From assembly GCA_965227515.1 (NCBI GenBank), contig CBDDFZ010000002.1, positions 352,001-416,000 on the forward strand: a stretch of 64,000 bases of DNA, given 5' to 3'. Below are positions 56,886 to 64,000 of the stretch, piece by piece. Made by a program: the position numbers and the translations under genes. The stretch comes from Alphaproteobacteria bacterium. Its GTDB lineage: Bacteria > Pseudomonadota > Alphaproteobacteria > CALKHQ01. The notes below the pieces were generated by a model. The model did no database searches. It worked only from the letters and a program-made list of their open reading frames with translations, and was not told the origin of the DNA. The stretch's first letter is position 1. Every line of letters begins with the position of its first letter.

Positions 56886-58058
56886 ATGAGCGCGACTCAC
56901 CACCCGGCGGCGCCGGCAAATCTCAGCCCCGCCCGCAGGGTGGTTGCGCTGTCGTTCTTCGTGCTCGGCGCCGGCTTCGGCAGCTTCGCGCCGCACATCC
57001 CGACCATCAAGGACCTGCACGGCCTGGACGAGGCTGAGCTGGGGCTGATCCTGTTCTGCCTTGCCGGCGGCGCGGTGCTGGCGATGAAGACCGTGGGCAA
57101 GCTGGTGGACGCCCACGGCAGCCGCATCGTCGTGCTCCTGTCCACCATCGGCTATCTGGCGGCGCTGAACGGCCCGCTCCTGATGCCGGACGTCGTCACT
57201 CTGTGCATATCACTGGCCCTGGTCGGCGTGATGGCCGGCGCGCTAGACGTTTCGGCCAACGTCCACGCGGTGGGTGTGGAGGCGCTGCACGGCCGCCCGC
57301 TGCTGTCGCGCATGCACGGCTTCTATTCCGTCGGCGCGTTCGCCGGTGCGGCGTTCAGCTCGCTGATGCTGTCGCTGGAGGCCACGCCGTCCCAGATCGT
57401 GCTGATCGCATCGGCGGCACTGGTCCTGGTGGCGGTGCTGCAATGGCGCGATCTGTTGCCGGCCAGTGCGGACCGGGTCAGCGCCGACAATTCGGTGCCC
57501 GCCGCCGGCCGGCGCAACTGGTTCCTGATCGTGCTCGGGCTGCTCGGCGCGGTCGCGATGATGGCTGAGGGCGCGATGTTCGACTGGAGCGCCATCTACA
57601 TGCGCGACCTCGTCGAGGCGCCGGCCGACCGCGTCGGCTGGCCGTTCGCCGCGTTCAGCATCACCATGGCGCTCGGCCGGTTTGCCGGCGACTACCTGGC
57701 CCACAAATGGGGCCCAACGCTGCTGCTGCGGATTTGCACCTTCACCAGCGTGGCCGGCATTGCGGTGATGATCGCCTTCCCCGAAGCGTGGCCGGTCATC
57801 CTGGGCGGCGCGCTGCTCGGCTTCGGCCTCGCCAACTGCGTGCCGCTGGTGTTCAGCGCCGGTGCGCGGGTCTCCGGCGTCAGCAAGGGCGCCGGGCTCG
57901 CGACCGTGGCCGGCTTTGCCTATATGGGCTTCGTCGCCGGGCCGCCGCTGGTCGGCATCGTGGCCGGTTTCTCCAGCCTGCCGGTGGCGTTCGCCGTGCT
58001 CGCAGTCATGCTGCTGCCGATGCTGCTGGTCCGCCTGCCGAAGGGCGGCGAGAAGTAG
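56886..58058 (+). CDS. MFS transporter (YbjJ-like)
   Basis: About 12 hydrophobic segments, DV..N...V.VE, HG.YS.G, EG...DWS..Y, M..GRF.GD, GP..G. Confidence 0.88.
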   Translation: MSATHHPAAPANLSPARRVVALSFFVLGAGFGSFAPHIPTIKDLHGLDEAELGLILFCLAGGAVLAMKTVGKLVDAHGSRIVVLLSTIGYLAALNGPLLMPDVVTLCISLALVGVMAGALDVSANVHAVGVEALHGRPLLSRMHGFYSVGAFAGAAFSSLMLSLEATPSQIVLIASAALVLVAVLQWRDLLPASADRVSADNSVPAAGRRNWFLIVLGLLGAVAMMAEGAMFDWSAIYMRDLVEAPADRVGWPFAAFSITMALGRFAGDYLAHKWGPTLLLRICTFTSVAGIAVMIAFPEAWPVILGGALLGFGLANCVPLVFSAGARVSGVSKGAGLATVAGFAYMGFVAGPPLVGIVAGFSSLPVAFAVLAVMLLPMLLVRLPKGGEK

Positions 58059-58131
58059 CGCCTGGGCAAACAAACCTTCGTCGCCCTCGCCCTTGCGCCT
58101 ACGAGGGTCACTCATCTTACCCATACACAAT

Positions 58132-58309
58132 TGTCATCCTCGCCCTTGTGGCGAGGATCCATTTTTGTCCAATACGCCAATATGTTACGAGTTCAAAGGG
58201 CGCGAGGTGGCGAAACTGCGGCTGATCGCACGGCGCTTGGCTTTCAGTCCTCTGGCCAGCGACCGCGCCGTTGCTGCCATGGGTCCTCGCCACAAGGGCG
58301 AGGACGACA
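58132..58309 (+). repeat. 178-bp REP doublet (REPIN/MITE-like)
   Basis: TGTCATCCTCGCCCTTGTGGCGAGGATCCAT ... ATGGGTCCTCGCCACAAGGGCGAGGACGACA; a degenerate third palindrome at about 58079-58110. Confidence 0.85.
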
Positions 58310-58336
58310 AACTATCTTGGAAATTGAGGTGCTCCT

Positions 58337-59809
58337 CTAAGCGAAAGCTGCGAGCTCCTGCAGCCGGATCGGGCGGCCGGGGCGGGCACCGGTGGCCGCG
58401 CCTTCGGCCCATACCGGGCGCCCGGCCACCATCACCATGTCGATGCCCGCGGCGGGCTTGATCGGCGCGGTGAACGTCGCGGTGTCGGCGATGGTCGCCG
58501 GGTCGAACAGCACCAGGTCCGCGAAGTAGCCCTCCTTCAGCAGGCCGCGCTCCGGAATGCCGAAGCGCGCGCACGGCAGGCCGGTCATCTTGCGCACCGC
58601 CTCTTCCAGCGAGAACAGGCCCTCGTCGCGCGCGTAGTGCCCCAGCACGCGCGGGAAGGTGCCCCACAGCCGCGGGTGCGGGTGCTCGTCGTGGGGCAGG
58701 CCGTCGGAGCCGACCATGGTGTGCGGATAGGCCATGATCCGGCGCACGTCGGCCTCGTCCATCATGAAGAAGATGCCGCCGGCCGGGTTCAGCGCCTCCA
58801 CCGCGCCGACCCTGTCGGTACCAAGTTCGGCCGCGACGTCGTCCAGATCGCGGCCGGCGAATTCCGGATGCGGATCGCACCAGGTGACCAGCACCTTGGC
58901 GGCCAGCACGGCAACGTCGGCGCCGAGCATGCTGGAGCCGGCGACATAGGGGTAGCAGTCGAGCGAGACCGGCTGGCCGCTGCCGATGACCTTGTCGAAC
59001 AGCGCCAGCGTCTCCGGCGAACGGCCGTGGTTGCGGGTGCCGGCGCACTTGTGGTGGGAGAACACCACGGGCACGTCGATCTCGCGGCCGATGGAAAAGC
59101 CCTCCTCCAGCGCATCGGCGATGCCGTCGAACTCGTCGCGGATGTGGGTGGTGTGGATGGCGCGGTGCGACGTCAGCCCGCGCGCGATCTCGATCACCTC
59201 TTCGGTCGGCGCATTGATCGCCGGCGGATAGAAAAGGCCGGTGCTGAAGCCGATGGCGCCGGCGTCCAGCGACGTCTCCAGTTGGCCGCGCATCGCCTTG
59301 ATCTCGTCGGCGGTCGCGGGCCGGGTCAGGCTGTCCATGGCGCCGACCCGCAGGCTGGAATGGCCGACCTGGGCCAGCACGTTCAGCGCTGGCGGGTCGT
59401 CATCGAGCGCGGTCAGATAGTCGGCGAAATTGGAGAAGAAGCGCTCCGGCTCCGGGCAGATCAGGTCGATGGGGGCGGGCGGCCGCGCGGCGGTCTCCAG
59501 CGGTGCCAGGCTGACGCCGCAATTGCCGACCACCACGGCCGTCACGCCCTGGCTGATCTTGCAGTCCATGGTCGGGTTCACGATGACCGCGCGGTCGTCG
59601 TGGGTGTGCACGTCGACGAAGCCCGGCGCCACCGCATGGCCGCCGGCATCGATCTCGCGCCCCGCCCGCCAGTGCGACAGGTCGCCCAGCGCCGCGATGC
59701 GCTCCCCGGTCACCGCGATATCGCCCGATACCGACGGCGCCCCTGTGCCGTCGATCAGCCGCGCGCCACGGATGATCAGGTCGGCGTTCTCACCTGCGGT
59801 TTCGGCCAT
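58337..59809 (-). CDS. N-acyl-D-amino-acid deacylase (D-aminoacylase)
   Basis: DG.G, PGF.DVHTHDD, QGVT....GNCG.S, GFSTGL.Y.P, HIR.E, SHHK, GSDG, HPR..GTFPR. Confidence 0.92.
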   Translation of the reverse strand: MAETAGENADLIIRGARLIDGTGAPSVSGDIAVTGERIAALGDLSHWRAGREIDAGGHAVAPGFVDVHTHDDRAVIVNPTMDCKISQGVTAVVVGNCGVSLAPLETAARPPAPIDLICPEPERFFSNFADYLTALDDDPPALNVLAQVGHSSLRVGAMDSLTRPATADEIKAMRGQLETSLDAGAIGFSTGLFYPPAINAPTEEVIEIARGLTSHRAIHTTHIRDEFDGIADALEEGFSIGREIDVPVVFSHHKCAGTRNHGRSPETLALFDKVIGSGQPVSLDCYPYVAGSSMLGADVAVLAAKVLVTWCDPHPEFAGRDLDDVAAELGTDRVGAVEALNPAGGIFFMMDEADVRRIMAYPHTMVGSDGLPHDEHPHPRLWGTFPRVLGHYARDEGLFSLEEAVRKMTGLPCARFGIPERGLLKEGYFADLVLFDPATIADTATFTAPIKPAAGIDMVMVAGRPVWAEGAATGARPGRPIRLQELAAFA

Positions 59810-59926
59810 TCCCGGTTTCCCCCAATGCTGATGCCCGATGCTGATGCCCAATACGGACGGATGTCCTATGATCGGCGCTGCATGGCGAGGTGTCGAGCGT
59901 TCAAACCAACAGGATGAGGGATATCG

Positions 59927-60925
59927 ATGGACGGTGCAGACCCATCCCCCGAATACCGCGAGCTGGAAGCGAATTTCCGCTACGACTTCGAGCGCTTCGC
60001 TCGCGCGTCGTTCGTCTACGGGCCGCGCGACCGCGAGAACCAGCGCGCGATGCTGCACATCCTGTTCCATTCCATCGAGCATGGGCTCTCGCTGAGCGAA
60101 CCGCGGCCCGGCTACGGCAAGGACAAGATCGTCTCGCTGCTGAGCAAGACGCGCAGCTACGTGGCCGACTTCGGGCTCGACGGCTCGGCCGCCTCGGCGT
60201 TGAAGGTGCTCGACGCCTATATCGCCTTCAACCGGCGCGTCGGTGTCGACGTCGACGACATTGCCGCCGAGCTCGATGCCATCGACGCCGACACCGGCTA
60301 TCGCGGCGCGAACGTCCATGGCGGCACCGAGGAGGTGACGGCCGACGAGATCAAGGCGCTGGGCTTCGACTTCAACGCCTTCATGGACGCCCGCCACAGC
60401 GTGCGCCAGTACGCCGACAAGCCGGTCGACCCGGCGATCATCGAGCGCGCGGTGCGCGCCGCCCAGCAGGTCCCCTCGGTCTGCAACCGCCAGACCTGCC
60501 GCGTCTATGCCTTCACCGAGAAGGACGACAAGGCGCGGGTGCTCTCTTACCAGTCCGGCAACCGCGGCTTCGGCCATGAGATCGGCGTGGTCATGGTGAT
60601 CACCGCCAACATGGCGCACATGAACCTGATCGGAGAGCGCTACCAGCACTGGATCGACGGCGGCCTTTTCGCCATGGCGCTGGCGCTGAGCTACCACGCC
60701 CAGGGGCTGGGCGCCTGCATGCTGAACTGGAGCGTGACCAAGGAGGTCGACCAGGCGATGCGGGCCTGCGTCGGCATTCCCGACAACGAGGCCGTCATCA
60801 CCATGATGGGCGCGGGCCACCTGAAGGAGCGGTTCCGGGTGCCGTGCTCGCAGCGCAAGCCGCTGGACGACGTGTTGAAGCTCAACCCGGCGATCGACCA
60901 CGCCGCCCCGACGGTGGAGCGGTAA
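59927..60925 (+). CDS. Nitroreductase family protein with an N-terminal extension
   Basis: RHSVR.Y, A...PS.CNRQ, YQ.GNRGFG, ER.Q..IDGGLF.M, LNW; N-terminal H.IE.GLS...PR.G.G. Confidence 0.85.
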   Translation: MDGADPSPEYRELEANFRYDFERFARASFVYGPRDRENQRAMLHILFHSIEHGLSLSEPRPGYGKDKIVSLLSKTRSYVADFGLDGSAASALKVLDAYIAFNRRVGVDVDDIAAELDAIDADTGYRGANVHGGTEEVTADEIKALGFDFNAFMDARHSVRQYADKPVDPAIIERAVRAAQQVPSVCNRQTCRVYAFTEKDDKARVLSYQSGNRGFGHEIGVVMVITANMAHMNLIGERYQHWIDGGLFAMALALSYHAQGLGACMLNWSVTKEVDQAMRACVGIPDNEAVITMMGAGHLKERFRVPCSQRKPLDDVLKLNPAIDHAAPTVER

Positions 60926-60955
60926 GGGCGCGCGGACCGCGCCAACAAACTAATC

Positions 60956-61060
60956 CGTCATCCTCGGGCTTGTCCCGAGGATCCACAAGAAGGCCGCCCC
61001 CGATAATCCAATTGGGCCGCCTATTAGACGTGGATGCCCGCAACAAGTGCGGGCATGGCG
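60956..61060 (+). repeat. CGTC-type REP doublet (105 bp)
   Basis: CGTCATCCTCGGGCTTGTCCCGAGGATCCAC ... GTGGATGCCCGCAACAAGTGCGGGCATGGCG. Confidence 0.85.
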
Positions 61061-61108
61061 ACTGGGGTGGTCGGCCGAGACGCTGCCCTACCCCAGAATC
61101 GTAGAATT

Positions 61109-61194
61109 GTAGCCCGGGTGGAACGAAGTGAAACCCGGGGACATCGAACCGCCGGCGCCTGAACCCGGGTTCCGCTGCGCTCCACCCAGGTTAC
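61109..61194. repeat. GTAG-type REP doublet
   Basis: GTAGCCCGGGTGGAACGAAGTGAAACCCGGG and inverted CCCGGGTTCCGCTGCGCTCCACCCAGGTTAC. Confidence 0.8.
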
Positions 61195-61252
61195 TGAGCC
61201 GCAACAATGTCATGCCACACGGTCAGGGACGACACGCAGGGAAGGGCGCTCC

Positions 61253-62347
61253 CTACGCCAACGCCTCCACCGGGGTGAAATCCATGTCGAGGCCGAACGG
61301 GCGCGGGCCGAACACCGCCAGTGCCTCCGGCGTGCGCATGATCGGCGGCACGCTCACCCCCATCACCGCGACCCGCTGGCCATAGCGCAGGTACTCCGTC
61401 GTGATCGCCTCGCCGGTCTCTGCGTCCAGCACGCAGATCAGGTCGGGCACCATGGCCTTCGCCGCGCCGTCGATGGTGGCGAGCAGGTTTTCGTTCTGGA
61501 ACCGGATCAGCATTTCGCCCGACCAGTCGTCGAGGCCGGCGATCCGCGCCTCGCCAATGGCGAACCCGTGCCTGGTCGCGCGGTCGACGTCGACCAGCTT
61601 GCCGCGAAACAGCACCCGGGCGTGGGCGTAGTGGGTGCGCGAAAAGGCGTCGATCATGGCGGCGAACACGTCCTCGTGCGCCGTGCGTGCCTCGCGCATG
61701 CGCCGCCCGAGGCCAAGCGTTAGGCTGACGGTGTTCGGCACCGAGACCCGGCGGGCGGTGGCGCCGTCCATGGCGTATTCGGCAATCGAGGTCTGGCCGC
61801 CCATGCGGATGGTGACCCCGCGCGCAATCCATTCCGCCATTTGCGCGCGGTCGGACTCCACGACGACGCTGTCGCCCCATTCGTTGACGATGACGACGGG
61901 CGCCGCCGGTACGCCATAGACGTTGAAGGTCTCCATCTGGAGCTCGGGGAAGGCGCGGCCCATGCCGTCGGCATCCACCACCGGCAGACCGCGCTGGGCG
62001 GCGATCAGCAGCGGCAGGGTGGAGTTCACCCCGCCGGCCTCGAACGGGATGATGGCGTCGACCTCGCGGCCGAGCTCGCGCTCCAGCACCGCCAGCGCCT
62101 TGGCCGGCTCGGTGCCGTTGGGGATCTTCTCGATCAGCACCGTCGGCGCGCCCATGTTGCCGACCGTGACGATCAGCGCATCGTCGGCCAGTTCGTCGAG
62201 GCCGATCAGGTCGATGCCGCCGCTCTCGCGCATCGCCTCGGTCGCCAGCAGGCGGCCGACATAGGGGTCGCCGCCGCCGCCGGTGCCGAGCACCGCGGCA
62301 CCGCGGCACAGGTCCTCCAGATCGTCGACGGTGATGCGGGTGGGCAT
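61253..62347 (-). CDS. DUF917 family protein (paralogue 2)
   Basis: GAA.LGTGGGGDPY.G, MGAPTV..EK, E.GG.NS, DADGMGRAFPELQM, QNENL, PDLIC..D, LRYGQRV. Confidence 0.92.
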   Translation of the reverse strand: MPTRITVDDLEDLCRGAAVLGTGGGGDPYVGRLLATEAMRESGGIDLIGLDELADDALIVTVGNMGAPTVLIEKIPNGTEPAKALAVLERELGREVDAIIPFEAGGVNSTLPLLIAAQRGLPVVDADGMGRAFPELQMETFNVYGVPAAPVVIVNEWGDSVVVESDRAQMAEWIARGVTIRMGGQTSIAEYAMDGATARRVSVPNTVSLTLGLGRRMREARTAHEDVFAAMIDAFSRTHYAHARVLFRGKLVDVDRATRHGFAIGEARIAGLDDWSGEMLIRFQNENLLATIDGAAKAMVPDLICVLDAETGEAITTEYLRYGQRVAVMGVSVPPIMRTPEALAVFGPRPFGLDMDFTPVEALA

Positions 62348-62359
62348 TCAGTTACCAAC

Positions 62360-62446
62360 CGTCATGGTCGGGCTTGTCCCGACCATCCACGACTTTCGTC
62401 AGCCGTTGCCAAGACGTGGATGCCCGCAACGAGTGCGGGCATGACG
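62360..62446 (+). repeat. CGTC-type REP doublet (87 bp)
   Basis: CGTCATGGTCGGGCTTGTCCCGACCATCCAC ... GTGGATGCCCGCAACGAGTGCGGGCATGACG between the two DUF917 genes. Confidence 0.85.
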
Positions 62447-62479
62447 AAGGAGGTTTAGCCGCAAAACGATGAGCGACCA

Positions 62480-63571
62480 TCACCCCATCTGCTCGATGGG
62501 GGTGAACAGTGCGTCGATGCCGAAGCCGACCGGGCCGAAGATCGCCAGCGCCTCGGGCGTGCGCATAATAGGCGGCACCGCGACACCCATCACCGTGACG
62601 CGCTGGCCGTAGCGCAGGGTCTCGGTGGTGATCGGCTCGGCGGTCTCGGAATCCATGATGCAGATCAGGTCGGGCACGATGGCCTTCAGCTCGCCGTCGA
62701 CCCGGGCCGTCAGGTTCTCGTTCTGGATCTCGATCTCCATGATGCCCGGCCACTCGTCCAGGCCCTGGATCTTGCACAGCCCGGCGGCGAACCCGGCGCG
62801 CGTCTCGCGGAAGATGTCGACGATCTTGCCGCGATAGATGATCTTGCCGAACGAGTAGGGCGTCTGCGGCAGCAGGTCGAGCAATGCCTGGAACGGGTTG
62901 ATGTGGCCCTGCCGTGCCTCGCGGATGCAGCGCCCGATCTTCAGCGCCAGGGTCAGCGTGTTGGGCACCGACGTGCGCCGTACTTCCTCGCCGGTCATCG
63001 CGTACTCGGCGATGTAGGCGGCACCGCCCATGCGGATGGCGACCCCGCGCGCGATCCATTCCATCATCTTGTTGTCGCGGGTCTCGACCAGCGTGCAGTC
63101 GCCATACTCGTTGGTGATCGCCATCGGCGTGCCAGAGACGCCGTAGACCGCGAAGGTCTCCATCTGCAGTTCCGGGAAGGCGCGGCCCATGCCGTCGGCA
63201 TCAACCACCGGCAGGCCCAGGCGGGCGCCGACCACCAGCGGCATGGTCGAATTGATGCCGCCGATCTCGATCGGCATGGTGGCGAACGCCTTCTTGCCCA
63301 GGTGGCGCTCCAGGCGCTGCAACGACTTCACCGCCTCGTCGCCGCGCGGAATCTTTTCCACCAGCACGGTCGGCGCGCCCATCATCGCGGTCGGCAGCAC
63401 CAGCGCGTCCTCCGGCACCTCCGACGGGTCGATGATGGTGACCGGCCCGGACTCGTCCATGGCGTGCTCCACCATCAGCCGGCCGATATAAGGGTCGCCG
63501 CCGCCGCCGGTGCCCAGGAACGCCGCCCCGCGGCACAGGTCTTTCAGGTCTTCGCGATCAAGTTCGAACAT
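62480..63571 (-). CDS. DUF917 family protein (paralogue 1)
   Basis: Same motifs as 61253-62347; GGGAGG RBS. Confidence 0.92.
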   Translation of the reverse strand: MFELDREDLKDLCRGAAFLGTGGGGDPYIGRLMVEHAMDESGPVTIIDPSEVPEDALVLPTAMMGAPTVLVEKIPRGDEAVKSLQRLERHLGKKAFATMPIEIGGINSTMPLVVGARLGLPVVDADGMGRAFPELQMETFAVYGVSGTPMAITNEYGDCTLVETRDNKMMEWIARGVAIRMGGAAYIAEYAMTGEEVRRTSVPNTLTLALKIGRCIREARQGHINPFQALLDLLPQTPYSFGKIIYRGKIVDIFRETRAGFAAGLCKIQGLDEWPGIMEIEIQNENLTARVDGELKAIVPDLICIMDSETAEPITTETLRYGQRVTVMGVAVPPIMRTPEALAIFGPVGFGIDALFTPIEQMG

Positions 63572-63589
63572 GCTGCTTGCCTCCCTGAC

Positions 63590-64000
63590 CTAGTTCATCG
63601 CCAGGTCGCCGACCGCCTTCACCCGGATGCGGGTGGCGGACGACGGCAGGTAGGCGAGCGGCACTTCCTCGATGTCGACGATCTGCACGCTGTCGGCGAT
63701 CGCGCCGGCCTCCACCGCCTTTTCGGTGGCCTCCTGCTTGGCCTGGCCGAGCGCCTGGTCGCGGCCGAGGCCTTCCAGCGAGAAGATGCGGTCGACCTCG
63801 CCGCCGACCTGGGCGATGGCGGCCCCGATGGCGTTGGCGACCGAGGCGTGGTCGGGCTTGACGATCTCCGACGCCGCCGGCAGGTCGCGCGAGACCAGGA
63901 TCGAGCCGCCGCCGACCAGGATGACGGGCAGGGCCTCCGCACTGGTCTTCATCCGGTCGACCGCCTCGTCGACCATGCGGTGCATGGTGGCGATGGCGGT
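63590..64000 (-). CDS. Hydantoinase/oxoprolinase family protein, C-terminal part (runs off the window)
   Basis: D.MKT....PV.LVGGG, H..VANAIGAA.AQV.GE.D, A..AGA, E.P.AY.P......VKA.GDL. Confidence 0.88.
   Translation of the reverse strand, partial: TAIATMHRMVDEAVDRMKTSAEALPVILVGGGSILVSRDLPAASEIVKPDHASVANAIGAAIAQVGGEVDRIFSLEGLGRDQALGQAKQEATEKAVEAGAIADSVQIVDIEEVPLAYLPSSATRIRVKAVGDLAMN

Noticed and set aside
58337-60901. 854-aa version of the D-aminoacylase
   Set aside because: The extra N-terminal part is antisense to the nitroreductase; amidohydrolase motifs start after ATG 59809

Overview
High-GC alphaproteobacterial chromosome segment (inferred from gene content and order), mostly core genome. 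It carries serC-serA-hisZ-purA; a lipid A cluster (msbA-like ABC, DUF374, waaA, lpxK, lpxL-like); a long minus-strand run (ubiE-ubiB-coaBC-dut-moeB-M32 carboxypeptidase-thrC-M16 peptidase-RimJ-like GNAT-enolase-family gene); mutM, an enoyl-CoA hydratase and rpsT-dnaA-dnaN-recF-gyrB. Accessory blocks are a Fic gene with a VOC-ArsR-SRPBCC operon; RidA, peroxiredoxin and sodC; a solute-binding protein plus orphan histidine kinase plus MacAB-like exporter; form II coxSLM; ycbK divergent from a Sel1-repeat protein with a very long acidic tail; and an MFS transporter, D-aminoacylase, nitroreductase, two DUF917 paralogues and a partial hydantoinase. No rRNA, tRNA, CRISPR array or transposase was recognised. 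Most worth following up: (1) the lysine-free, Asp-rich secreted Sel1 protein; (2) a 55-bp-periodic operator-like array in front of the Fic gene; (3) CGTC/GTAG REP-like elements, including two 178-bp doublets that share internal sequence; (4) the binding protein-kinase pair with no response regulator; (5) a fully degenerate GGDEF-EAL protein. Frameshifts in gyrB and the peroxiredoxin all lie in short homopolymers and are probably sequencing errors. All product calls come from motif recognition by eye, not from database searches, and many start codons are best guesses.
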